DNA of 62,858 bases, counting the filler, from Sphacelaria rigidula (lineage: Eukaryota), in the NCBI GenBank assembly GCA_964200075.2. It is 7 parts of 7 records of this genome, joined end to end, with 100 filler letters (N's around TTAATTAATTAA, not from the genome) between each part and the next. Parts side by side here need not be neighbours in the genome. Positions count along the whole stretch, not along the records: positions 17,990 to 26,883 come from CAXNAA020009813.1; positions 26,984 to 35,877 come from CAXNAA020009814.1; positions 35,978 to 44,871 come from CAXNAA020009815.1; 4 more parts are not named here. One strand, written 5' to 3'. Positions 25,528 through 38,055 of this stretch are shown piece after piece (the first letter of the stretch is position 1; every line of letters starts with the position of its first letter). Both the position numbers and the translations under genes were made by a program. The notes below the pieces were generated by a model that did not search any database, had not been told where the DNA came from, and was given only the letters and a program-made list of their open reading frames with translations.

Positions 25528-25738
25528 TGTAATGCGTGAGAGGACGGCGTGCTTGGAGGACCGCATCGTAGTCCAAAACACCTCACGATCGACTCTGTTC
25601 AAAACCAATCGAGCCAGTCCGTGCAGGGACCACGCCCCCGATCCCAACCCCAACACTAACCGTAACCTTAGTACTGACCTAAAGGGTGTTGATACTCCGA
25701 TGCGGTACCTTAAGCACGCGCCCCTCTCAAGCATAACG
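25528..25738 (-). mobile_element. 211-bp TGT...ACA MITE, copy 4 (diverged)
   Basis: Same TIR; TSD ATAT. Confidence 0.88.
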
Positions 25739-26883
25739 ATATCATACTGAGCGCTCATTGGTTCAATGGGTAACTCTTTGCTTCTTGAACACATACGCAC
25801 TTCAAAAGAACCCCAGCTACCATGTTGCAACCTCAACCATATCAACGCTGTTCGTCAGTATGAAACATGGAAGAGAAAATTACAGCTGGTGATATAAACG
25901 TCCGTCAAATAAGAAACAGGCGAGTGAGATCCATCTGACGGCGAGGAAAGTGTCGCGACATGCAGGCCTCGGCCCCATTTGGCACTTCTTGGTAACGGGC
26001 ACCTTCTGTACATGTTTGATTCCTCAAGCGCCCGCCTCTGAAAAACTATGACCGACACTTACTGTCAAGAGAAAATAAAAAGTGAAAATGAACGGCCGCA
26101 GCGGATGGAGACACTGGTCACTCGACGATACTCAAGTACAACAAAACGTTCGCATGGCCCGCAGAGTTGCTCATTGAGAGTAAGAGAGGTTCCTCTCTGT
26201 TATACCGTCCGGATTGAAGAACAGTTCATCGTTCCTCTGCCCTAGGGATGCTGCTGCCTACTCGTAGATTGAGGAGGGGCGATATACAGGGCGACATGAC
26301 GCCGCGATGCAGGGGACACCATGTTGCAAAGGAGATAAGCAGTGCATCACAGCTGCCGTCGGCCTACCCCGATTACATCGCATGCACCACCCGTAGCACC
26401 ACGTCCAGATGCTACAGCTCTCCTTCCATATTGTCATTCTCCCGTCAACCAGTTCCGCCGATTACGACTCGCGGCTGATTTGGCCTGGAAAGGAGTAGGG
26501 GGGGGGGGGGGGCAATTTGTCATAATATCTGCTACAGCGGACCCCCGTGTTCCTCATGCTTGAGGATGAAGTCTATCGGGAATCATTACCGATACATACC
26601 AGCACATGCATTCCACTCGCATTTCACAGGTCCGTCCCGGAACTACAACACATGGCAACTGCCCAACAGGGGGAACAATGAATATTGAGGATGACGCAAT
26701 CGAGAGGCGACAAACGTACAACAGTCTGGATTCGTTATTTCGAGGTTCAACACTTTAATGAGTTTCAACTCGAAAACAGTGCTTCCCCTGACCTAAAGTC
26801 ATGACCAATGGATTTCACATGGACGACCTGATGCCCCCCGACCTTCTTGAAACTATTTCGGGGGTTGCCCGTCTTCCGTGCAC

Positions 26884-26983
26884 NNNNNNNNNNNNNNNNN
26901 NNNNNNNNNNNNNNNNNNNNNNNNNNNTTAATTAATTAANNNNNNNNNNNNNNNNNNNNNNNNNNNNNNNNNNNNNNNNNNNN
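26884..26983. other. Artificial contig-joining spacer
   Basis: N44-TTAATTAATTAA-N44. Confidence 0.98.
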
Positions 26984-27169
26984 CGTTTCTGACCATTTTT
27001 CGTACCTTTCTTGGGCAAAAAACGAGAAGGTATACCTTTTCTAGGCCATTGCCCTAAAAAGTAGGTGTACGAGGTTACCAACTGAGCCACCGGGGCGACC
27101 GGCTAGATTATGGAACCCAGCAAGGGGCGGACAAATAATGAGTCGTCTTAAAATTACTTGGTTTTAGTA

Positions 27170-27380
27170 TGATGAGTCGACTCGTGACGAATCAACCCCT
27201 AGGCTTTGTTTTCGGCTTTGCAACCCAGGTACACGCAGCCCAGTCGCGTGGAATGGCGCAAAAGTTGCGTGAATACCCCTTGGACCAGCGATCTACTCCT
27301 TTTGGGCAATCAGGCCGAAGAAATCGTGGATTTGGTGATTTTGAGTCGTGATGATTTGTCGAAACCGTGGAACCCAGATA
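27170..27380 (+). repeat. Dispersed repeat family C copy
   Basis: Aligns with 10150-10365. Confidence 0.7.
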
Positions 27381-28069
27381 CCAGATACGCAGGTTGAGGG
27401 AGGACTGTTTACCAGATGGTGAGGGAAAATGGTTGACACGAATAATGAGGTGTGTTGTGTGTGTGTGTGTGTTGTCGTCCTATTTATTCCGGGCGCCAGT
27501 CTACACCTTTCGGTATAACGAGGTACCGACAATAGACCTCGGCAAAATTGTTCAACCATTTGATTCTAAAACTAATTAATGGTTGACTGTCTTTTCGAAA
27601 CTTGTGATCGATGCTGTTGACAACAGACTGATCATTGTGCAGGTACGATCGTAGCTCTACGGGGAGTCCACTGAGTTGATTCAAAACCAAAACATAAAGT
27701 ACAGCGACTACTTTGATGGTACAGTACACCGCACCGTGGCAGGCTCCCTGCATTCGCTAGTGCGACTCCGCTCATGTTGTCCTACTTAGCATGTCTTGCA
27801 CACGCACAAAATGCCATGCATACGCACCAGGTTTTTTACCGCGACCATAAAGCCCCCCGCAGCTTGAAAACTGAAAACTCTACAGTACTCAGGCCGTACA
27901 TGATTTGAGACGTGAGATACCACCCGGTAACCGTTAGCGAATTAGGAATGTGCAACGAAATGCAAACGTAAATTTCTCTGGACGCGACACCCGTGTGTTG
28001 GCAGTCGCACCCTAGGCGGCGATGCACTGACGCAATCTCAAGCATATGCCCGCACGGTCGATTGACTAG

Positions 28070-28750
28070 TAAGGTACAGTGCAGTACCGCTACAACAGCC
28101 GTGCACGAGCACCTATCACCTTCACATCAGCCTTTTTGTTCAGACCCGTGACCGAACCCCAAATCGCGGGCAGCGAAATCGCCTCAGTTCTGTGGTGCTG
28201 ACGCACAGGCGGGCTGTGGATGGCGAAGTCATTGGCTCATTACGCGTACTGGCAAAGAAATGCGAAGAAAAGGGCTTCCTCGACGTATTTTCATCACTAC
28301 CGACCCAAACTACCGACCGAAAGGAAGATCCCGGAATAATTCAGTACCCTGGGATACAAAACAGTACCGCACACATTCAGCAGGATTTTTTGTTTGAATC
28401 TGACGGTTGCAAAACCAGGAAGCATTTGCCCGCACGATCAAACTTATGGCCGATTAGTACGGTACGGTACGGTCCAGTACAGTATAGTACAGTACCGCTC
28501 CAGACAGTCAGTCGTGAGTATACAACAGCACGTGTTTTCTTCACATTAGCCGTTTTGGTCAGACCCGCGGCCGAAGGGTTCATCCGAAGGCAGCGAAACG
28601 TCGTCGGTTTTGGGCTTCAAAGAAAGCGAAAACTTGTCATTTTTCAGCTGCTCATCTGCAGGTGGGCCGTGGGCGGTGAAGTCATTGCTCTTTCGTGCGT
28701 ACCGTTCAAGAAACAGGGAAAGTAACATTCACTCAAGCTACTTCCCCTTC
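28070..28750. repeat. Diverged direct duplication (~28070-28300 vs ~28475-28750)
   Basis: Shared cttcacat.agcc.tttt.gt.cagacccg...gaagtcattg blocks. Confidence 0.65.
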
Positions 28751-31700
28751 ATCGAGAGGCAAGGGTGGGCTGGGTACCGGCCTGAAGTTGATGAAGTCCC
28801 TTCCTTGAATGTATTGATTTGATACATTTATCACACAATAATCCATCCGCTACGAACCCAGCTATGGTCACAAAACGACCGCAATGATCCGGATGAAAAA
28901 CACGACCCAGAGGAAATAAAGTTTAAACCATCAAATACAGAAAGGGAGCAGGAAGAAACAAAAGGCGAATTAAAGTCAAATTCAAAACCAGGGAAAACTT
29001 AAAAAATAAAATAAAAGGGCAATGGAGACACAAAAAAACACATTCGCTTAGATGGCGACGGAGACACCACAAAGAAAACTCCACTTGGTACCCAAGCCAA
29101 GTAGGACAAGACCATACAGGAAGCGAGGTCGATAGAGCAATACATATAACATTATCCCACGGTGTGCGTCGTCATGTCGCCCCCCCCAGTCTAATGAGTG
29201 CCGGTTGATGGAGGCGTTCTCCAACTCGTTCAGCAAGATCGTGGCGAACGTGAACGCGTCGAACGTCATATAGGTGAGACTAGTAAAGTTCTGTGGAAGC
29301 TTGGAGTGGTGCTTCTCGCGCACGTTCAGGTTTGCCCCGGGCAATTGCCGACAACTGCTGAGCTTGGCGTACTTCTTGCGACACGCCTCGTTGTTAATTC
29401 CCCTCGTGAGGCCCCTCGGGTCCGAGGAACATTCCGCTGTTCCAACAGGAGTATGGACGGGATCCGCCAACCCTCGACTCCCGCCAGAAGTGGCATGAGA
29501 TACCATAGCCGGGCATCACGCCGTCGTCGTTCGTCCCACCTCCCCCTGAATCCGCGGACTAAGAGATTTGCAGGGCCTCAGCAGAGTGTTCGGCCACCCC
29601 ATGCCCTGCTCCAGCTTTGACGAAGCGCCCTGCGATGACCAAACGCACGACCAAAAACGGGAGTAGCGATCAGCGAACGCAGCAGTATCACACGTGATGA
29701 TATTGCTGGTCAAACGTAACATATCCTGAAGTCCGACCCCGCCCCGGTTACGGCGATCAACAGCAAAAAATTCGCGGAAAAGTGAAGCGCGAAAAAAAAA
29801 TCGCAAAAAGAAACAATCTTGAAAAGTAAGAGGAGCGAGAAGCAAGGTGTAAGGAGGATGTACAGAAGGCGTCAAAATTACCTCCGGGCTTGCGTAGGGC
29901 CGAAGTGCTTGGTTACATTAGAATACATCCAAGAGAAGCACTACCCCCGTAGAATAAAAGGCGTTGTCATCCTACCTTAGTAGCGATAACGCTCGTCATT
30001 CCGACCACCTTCAGCCTGAAGACTATCCGCGTTACACTCAACTTTCAACTGGCGATTTCAGTACGAACATCGCGCCCGGGAGAGGAGTGGGAGAGGGCAG
30101 CGGGGGGTAAATAGCATTACATGAATAGCTTCAAAATTTCAGATAAAAGCTGCGTAGGAAAAGAAATATATTCACCATCGGCAATAAATCATCTGCATAA
30201 CTGCTTGCACCAATATCACAGAGACTCCCGCCAACCGTCTATCGTAAAAAGGATAGCCAAACTAGAGAAAATAGTACCGGTTGTTACAACTCGAACACGA
30301 CATAACCAAACCACTATCGATACGTAATTAAATGTATGGTGAGCATAAACGATAAACCGAATAGTACCTAGTGATAGCATAGCATTAACCACCCTTCGAT
30401 AACCAACTTAGGTCATTCAAATAGTGCGACAACACATGCCGCAAAATCGTAGAAAGTACGTGAAACGTACCAGCTTTTTTTTCATCGGAAGAGCAGATGT
30501 TTCATTGGTCGGCCCGGTACCGTATACCCGATATCCTCAATACTCATCTTTTGGGCAAGTCATTGCGATCGTACTTCACCACCACGACCACCTGGAAATG
30601 CTTACCGTATGATAGTTTGTCGTGGCTCTCCTAGCGCGCGAAGGCTGCTACTATTATGGTCTCGGAATAGCGCTTGGAATAGTACCCGTGCCCTCCAGTC
30701 TAGGGCAGTATACATGGACTAACTTCCCGGCTGCCGACCCAAGAGCGTGTGCAATGTCTCACCGCAAACCAGCTAGTCTGTGCAATGCGCAGCAACACAC
30801 GGACGCACGCTGCTTCCGCCTCTTTCACGTATCTTTCCATCATCTGCACATGAATTTTCGCCACTCCCCCATTCTTTCCAACAGCTCCCATGGCATGCAT
30901 TGCGTTCTCATTGCAGGCGAACACCGACGTCGCCGTTGGTATCCGAGGACTCTTATTTGCTGCCTGTACTGCTTCTCCATGCCCGCACACGTCCACAAGG
31001 GCGCTGTCATTTGGTGTCCTCCCAAACCGCGTGCACGGTGTGCTCTACTCTGCAGCACGCCATGGGTGGAATTTTTTTTCCCACGATTCTGCTGCATTTC
31101 TGGTGCTTTAGACGAGGACGGGTTGAAACCTACGCACGACATCTTACGCAGTCACGATACAGGGTACACGAGCCGCACATTCCTGTAAGGACCAGCCAGT
31201 TCGAGGCCTTTACTGCTCACCTGAGGCCATCGGTCCGAGAGCATAGCATGCGAGCACCGTTCTCGACCACAGCGGCGCGCATCAAGTTTGTCGATATCGA
31301 CATGGGGTACGTCATGCCTCCGTTGCGCCCCGTTGAGAACAAGAACACTTTCTGCCGAGCCCTGCGCCTCTTGGCGATCCAAGAACGTTACACTGCACTA
31401 GTTGAGCTTTCCTTCCGACTCATGCCATTTTCCCGTATGCATTTCGATATACATAAATGCAGTTTCCACGGATAGTAAGAGACGGGAGAGGGGGAGGGGG
31501 GGCGGAGGGAAGGGAACCATGATCTTGTCTGCTATAGTCATATCTATGACTATTGCCCTCGCATCCCAACAAAAGCCGGGACGGAGCACGCCGGGTTTTC
31601 GCCGGAGCGGGCTCGCAATCAATGGCCGAGCTCAAAGCGCCGTGGTGTGCTCGGCCAGTCGCATGAAGGGTGAGCTGCATCCTGCTAAGATTGTTCGGCC

Positions 31701-34700
31701 CGAAGCGTACTGAGTATCTCACACTTGGATGACAACCTCCAACGAGTTGCCTCACTTTCTGGTATCGCCACTTCCCGGACAGCCACGGCTTATACACTGC
31801 CCTTATGGGTGTCTCATGTAGACTCTAGCCACCATTGTTACCCAAAGTTGGGGACATATGTAGGTGGAGTTGCGGGTCTGATTGCCGAGCTCTCTGATGG
31901 GTGATCTCCTTGACAAAAGAGCCTGGTTTTGCTACTCTGGTGGAGAGAGGCTGTGGTCCTGTTCTCCTATACTATGCTGAGGGCTCATATATGAATAACT
32001 AAAGCTGATGAAGTCCATGTGCCCGTGATGGGAGGAGTCCACATGGCAATCTGATCTTGAGCGACAGAAGTCTATAATCGACGTTCTTTAAGTCCGCTGA
32101 GGCGGTATAGGTCCGCTAAAAAGCAACTGACACTTTCAGATAGGGACGTCTGCAGGCCTGATCAGTGTGCAGCAAACAAGACGAGCTCAAGGCGTCTTAA
32201 CGTCGCGAGGAGTTGGAGAAGTAGAGTTGATGAGGATAGTTTGCCATCAGGAGGTGTTGCTGTATATACTCACCAATTAAACACTACATCGTACGATCAT
32301 CTCCTTTGCGCGGAATCGGGGTTCTCCCATCCCGCACAATATGACCTAGATCGACCACTACCATCTCTCAGGTTTTGAGAGTCGTTTGGATTGTGTGGAT
32401 GCAGTTCATAAAAACCAAACTCTCTAGCATTCACAGGTGTTGCGACTTCGGTGCATGTTGTTACCGTGACCACCTCTGAGCAGACGGGAGTACGTGTGCG
32501 GTAGAGCAACGAAAGGTGGCTACGATCCGGTTTGCCTGCCGCACTGCCGACAGCGTCGCGTGAAAGCCACAAGACCCTTGCTGTCGGCGGTTGATGGCGT
32601 GTATCTCGAATGCAACTACATGCGGTTGATCGCAGAGCACTCCTATCTCTCCCCCCAACTTGTAATAATGCATGACCTCCTGATATCGGAATACTTATTA
32701 CTTATGGGAAGCTACTCGTACTATTTACGCGGCCAGCGTGTGCTGCAGGTTGTAGCATGGGCGGACTCCTATGCGCCACGCTAGCAACAGCTAGGTCACC
32801 ACCATAATAGGCATCTTTTTTCACTCCGCATGTCAGGAAGGTCTCTACAGGCTGGTTCACGGTAATCACCCAAAAAACACTCATCGGCAAAATCTCACGC
32901 CGTTTTAAGGAGTTAGACCCTGAAATTTTGCACGAATGCTCTATGGTTAATTAGGCAACTTTTGAAGGTCATTTTTTTTCTCCACTCTTTTACTTTTTTC
33001 ACCGTTTTTCGGGGGTCCCACTCCTTTGGGGGAAACCTCGACCCCATCGGACCCCCGTCAAACGGTAACAAGGGAAAAATCGAAATACCCCGTTCACTTT
33101 CAGTTGCGTAACGACCCGGAGCACATTTGTACAAAATTTCAGGGTCTAACTTCTCAAAAGGGCGTGAGGTTTCCGCTTTTGTGCGATGAACTTTGTCGTG
33201 CCGCGGTGAAACCGCAAACCACTTGATTTTAGTACGGAAACGGCGTTTTTCGGTCTTTTTTGACGTAAACATGGAAATTCAAGCATCAGTTGATCGAGTT
33301 CTGCGACGAAAATTCGTGGAGCCCACCCTTGGATTATGCGGAGGCAGATAATTTGTGAAAAACTGAAGAAAATATCATAGTGCCGTTTTTCTGGGGTCCC
33401 AGAATGGGGACTACTTCCAAAAACGACTTCGATCCCGTCGGACCCCCCAAAAACGGTGAAAAACTCAAGAAATAAGAAAACATTGTCCGTGTAAAGTTGT
33501 GTAATGAAACATAGCATATTTATGCGAAGTTTCAAGATCTAACTCCTAATGACAGCGTGAAAATTTGCGCGTTTGTGGAGGACGTGGGCTTGAAACATGT
33601 AACTGCTAACTACTCGGTTTTGGTATGGAACGTCTTTTGGGGTGAATGTGACGTCAAGGCAAAAAAAACTGTATGAGGTTTTCGCGTTTCTCTACCAAAC
33701 TTTGTACATGTGTTCCTTAGGCTCTCCCGGGACTCATTATTTCATTATTTTTCTTCTAGGGCATTCTGTACCGCCTTCCGGGGGTCTTCATGCTAGGACC
33801 CCCGGAAGCCGGTAGAGAACGGCGAATCCATGTTATATTGTCAAGAATAAAAAATTTCCGTTTGAGCATCAATACCTCCGGAACTGCCGAGTTTGAGGGC
33901 GATCTGAGCTTTTCTACAACAGATATAGGGGACCGTCACGAGGCTCCCTGGGTCTTTCGTGCGTATCATTAGTGGAAATTAGACGACGCCAACACCCGAC
34001 ATCACCGAAACATCACGGTTTCGGGTACAATTCGACCCCCGTAGTAACCGTTTTAAAAGTATGATTTTCTCGTTGGATTCCCGTGTCGATGACGGTTACT
34101 GCGATTTGAAGCATGTAGAGATTGGGTGAAAAGTGGGTCTGGTATTCGTAATTTCGATCTCGGAACAGTTTGAAGGGCGCTGATTGGCTGAGACACATTT
34201 TCATGCATAGCGCCACCGCTACGGCCTTGAACGAAAATCCGGCTATGTCACCCTCTTCAGCTGTCCATGGCGGTCAGTATGATACCATATATACGACTAT
34301 TGGGTGTGTATTGCGGAAGGCATTTGCTGATGACACAATTTTGGGTGATCACCGTGAACCAGCCTGTACAAGCGTTTGATCTCTCATACACCCCCTTCAA
34401 CTGGCGTGTGTCACGCCCTTTTGCTCGGGCACCCGGTTAGGGGGAGGTCGGCGAAAATCAACGATGAATATCTATCTGTTATTGCCGCAGTACCGTCCTT
34501 GCTGGCATGTGTGTGACAGAGAACAGTAGCGGTGACGGGAACATTGCCCTGTTTTTCAGCGCACAGACGCGCGTCTTGTCCATAAAGAGAGGCAGAGAGA
34601 AATTGATCTTCGCATTAAGCAAGCACGAAGAAGAGACGAAATCTCTCCGTAGCTCTCGGTATTCTGGCACAACATGGAAAATGGGGTACATGCTGGTAAC

Positions 34701-35004
34701 CTCGATGATGCCAGTGTCTCGAGTGATATTGGTGATCACCGAGCGAGGACACGCAAGGGACACGGGCGAGGAGCTTCCTTTCTGTCGTTGCTTCTCTTTC
34801 TGGTGATATCGTCATCGACACGCGTATACACCGCATTCGTTGGGTGCACCTAGCCAGAACTGCGTAACTCCTCCTGCGGAGTTTTGGGGGGGAAGATACT
34901 TTCGCTCTGTGTAACTGTTTCGTATTTTCCCCACGAGAAAGAAATGTCACTTCAACCCCATTTTTGAGATGAACTTCATTTTTCAGGATCCGTTGCTCAC
35001 TCAT

Positions 35005-35215
35005 GCTGGCGGATACTGGCGATACTGAGTAATTGGCCGCCTTATACTGGCGGATACTGGGATTGCTGGGTATTTTGCGGCCCGATCCTGTACTGAACGA
35101 TACTGGTGATACTGGGTATTTTTGCCATCTCATATGGGTAGAAATTGGCCGTGCCCAATATACGAGTACGGGTAATACTGTACTGGATACTGGCGCCGTA
35201 CGGGATACGGCGAGC
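35005..35215. repeat. GATACTG-motif cluster resembling TE subterminal repeats
   Basis: Repeated (g)gatactgg. Confidence 0.55.
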
Positions 35216-35877
35216 ATCTTTTCAATTTCGTGTGAAGGTGTTTTTGGGGGTAGCCAAGGGCATGTCGAGAGGGAATTTCCGGACACGGAGCCTCCATCGC
35301 CCCCCCCCCTCCCGAAGGGCAATTTTCCGAAAATAGTTATGATTTTTGTTGTTGTTGATATTGTTGGAAGAAATTGATATATAAACTTTAACGAAAACCG
35401 AAAAGTCTGGGGGGCTTTGCGAGCTTCGTATTATTGCTCTTGCTCCTTGCCCGTCCTGTCCCGATGACCTCGGATGCCGGCAACGCTCACACACATCTAT
35501 GTACAATACATGAGCGCACGGTAGTGACAGCCTGTAGCCAAAGTAGCAACATTATCTTACGCCTCGTCAAAGTTACCCGGACTAGTTCTAGGTAGTTGAG
35601 GCACACTTCACAGAAGATGATTCCATAAATGTAATCATGGTAGGTGATGAGCTTGGAGGGGCGGTGTGTCCGTCATCTCAGCAGTCAGTCTCCATACCAA
35701 GGATCTCCGTACACAAGAGCTGGCCGCATCCGCCAACGCCTCGACAATGAACTAGGGGATAGCAGACTGGGTGTCCCCCCCCCCCCAAAAAAAAAAAAAA
35801 AGGCGGTTTTTTTTTTTTTATTTTGGAGCTTACTTTTTTGTGTATTTTTTTTTGTCTTCTTTCTGTGGCCTCTCAGC

Positions 35878-35977
35878 NNNNNNNNNNNNNNNNNNNNNNN
35901 NNNNNNNNNNNNNNNNNNNNNTTAATTAATTAANNNNNNNNNNNNNNNNNNNNNNNNNNNNNNNNNNNNNNNNNNNN
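35878..35977. other. Artificial contig-joining spacer
   Basis: N44-TTAATTAATTAA-N44. Confidence 0.98.
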
Positions 35978-36015
35978 AGTTCGTTGTCGTCTTCGGCGGC
36001 GTGCTCGCCCGCAGC
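35978..36015 (-). CDS. DsbA-like gene, probable exon 3 (AAGEHAAEDDNE...), truncated by the contig end
   Basis: C-rich tract plus cccaag acceptor; in phase with exon 2. Confidence 0.5.
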
Positions 36016-36731
36016 CTTGGGACAGGGGCGCCAGGGGGGGGGGGGGGGGCAATCTGCCTAAAGTGTATAGCTCAACGTACGAAGGCTTAGCCCATTTATT
36101 GCCCGGGTCGATAGTTCGACGTCAGTCGGACAGATATCTGCGTGGGTTTCGACACAGTTCTTAGATAGTGAATGAGAGTACCTACAAAAAAACAGAGGAG
36201 GATTTAGGACTCATAGGGCACAACGACGCACACGGCGCGTGTTTTAATTCCCTGCTCTTCAGACAATAACAGCACGTTGACCCTGGCCCGCGTAGACTAC
36301 TTTGAGTTGTGATCGCCCCAGCGGTAGTGTATTTCGTCAAACATGCACTACAAGTTTTCAGGGCGCAACCTGCGGACCGGCCGTTGAGTGAGACCTCGGC
36401 ATCGAGCGATGAATACCCACGCACAACGTCAGGGAGAAAAGAATGGTCATGACATCGCCATCTGACTGTCCTGCGACGAAATGCAGAGCTAGATGTGCTG
36501 GCTACAGTTCATACATTGCTGTAAGCCTCCACGTCTTGCTGTTTAGCTTCCACATGCGTCTACACAATGGGTCATTCTCCAGGATGCACGATCGTATCAA
36601 GCGGGAACTGTCAACTTCAACGTGGACGGGTCAACGGGTTGACGAGTGCCCCAGTAAAACGCGTCGTTCATTGGCAGTACCAGGGTTGGAAGTATGGCGA
36701 GGGCTAGCCGTAGGGTAATAATTGGCTTCAA

Positions 36732-36986
36732 CAGCTTATCATCAAAATTGAGGATGGAGATTTTCATTGAGGATGGATAACCCTAAAAGTGAAAGCTTCG
36801 CATCGACACCAGTTCTAAGAAATATCATGAGGGCGATAACCCGAAAAAATAAGAATCTTCGTATCCACAACGGTCCTTCGAAATCTGACTTTATATTTTG
36901 AAGAATTGGCGTGGATACGAAGATTTGAATTCTCCGGGTTATCATCCTCAATGAAAAGCTCCATCCTCAATTTTGATGATCGGCTG
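36732..36986. mobile_element. Foldback MITE in an intron
   Basis: CAGCTTATCATCAAAATTGAGGATGGAG...CTCCATCCTCAATTTTGATGATCGGCTG. Confidence 0.85.
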
Positions 36987-37189
36987 TTCGTAGCTTTGGA
37001 GATATTTCTTTATATTAATTACTCTGTTGGATTGCTGCCCTGGACGTGATAACCTCGAGCGTGCACAAGCATAACTCGAGGTGCGGCTTCGGATGCATAG
37101 AGTTCTCAATCCCTTACGCCCACGGTTAACTCAAATATTTCACGTGACGCAAGAACAAGTAGTCTTAGAATACATGGTGAAACCCTGAC

Positions 37190-37339
37190 CTGAGCGATGG
37201 CGAAGGCACTGTAGTGGTCCGGAAGCGGCAAAACGCGGTAGATAAACTCTACCCTGTCATCGAATTCCTCCACCACGTCGGCTATGACTGGCCATGCCGC
37301 GGCACTTTCTCTGGATGAAAGATCCAGATATATTTCGAC
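37190..37339 (-). CDS. DsbA/thioredoxin-fold protein, exon 2 (VEIYLDLSSRESAAAWPVIADVVEEFDDRVEFIYRVLPLPDHYSAFAIAQ)
   Basis: ccag acceptor, gtcagg donor, 150 nt. Fits the pattern E.F.D..CP.S...WP...V......PLP.H..AF of DsbA-like proteins. Confidence 0.8.
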
Positions 37340-37890
37340 CTGGACATCCGAAACAACCCGACAGCGCGTCAAATAAGCATCTTTAATATATGGAGAGATG
37401 AACCCGTGCAGATAGCGGCGGAGTGTTCGGGCTTCTCTCGCGAGGCATGACTGCGCTTTCAGCGCATCACCGTCATTACCGGCGGTTGAGGTCGTTACAT
37501 GCACACTTTTCTCATTTCTTGTCATCCTCACTTTTAACTCCCCTCCTTCTCGGGATGAGTCCGTGATCTCAAGGGATCAATCTATATCTCCCTCACAAAA
37601 CCACAAGATCGGACAACGTGGACGGCACATACGTGCAGAAAACGTGATTTGAGTACCAGAGCTCAACTTCACTCCGGCGCTTGGAATTTTCTTCAGTGCA
37701 CCCCTGGGTCGACGACAGACAAGAAAACACATGTGTATATTCTACTCTCACGCCTACTGCGTAAACGTCCGTTCACAATCACCACGTATGCATGCAGCAC
37801 TTTGCAACACCCTACTCATCATGCAGTCCATGCACGGCAAGATTGCGCGCCTGATTTTTTTCCGTGCACCGCACGGCTTGTCTCTCCCAC

Positions 37891-38055
37891 CTGAGGGGTG
37901 GACTGGCTGTTTCCTTTCCGCAGGACCGCGTAGTCCGGCGCAGATACCAGCGATTCTTGCGCAGCCAACCCAGCAGGCAAGGGAAACAGCAACGTCGAAC
38001 TGATCGACAGCGCGAAACCCATCATCGCCCTCACTTTGATACGTCTAAGGACCAT
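37891..38055 (-). CDS. DsbA-like gene, exon 1 with signal-peptide-like segment (MVLRRIKVRAMMGFALSISSTLLFPLPAGLAA...STPQ)
   Basis: ATG, basic then hydrophobic stretch; CAG|gtggga donor in phase 0. Confidence 0.72.

Noticed and set aside
29048-29620. ORFs with faint transposase-like feel (TYMTFDAF...LLNEL)
   Set aside because: No catalytic motif, TIRs or splice support; too weak to call.
30917-31475. Candidate exons on either strand
   Set aside because: Plausible splice sites and open frames exist on both strands, but I found no domain or consistent phase chain.
34479-34830. Protein-like minus-strand ORF (RSVITNITRDTGIIEVTSMYPIF...)
   Set aside because: No recognisable family and no clear splice boundaries.
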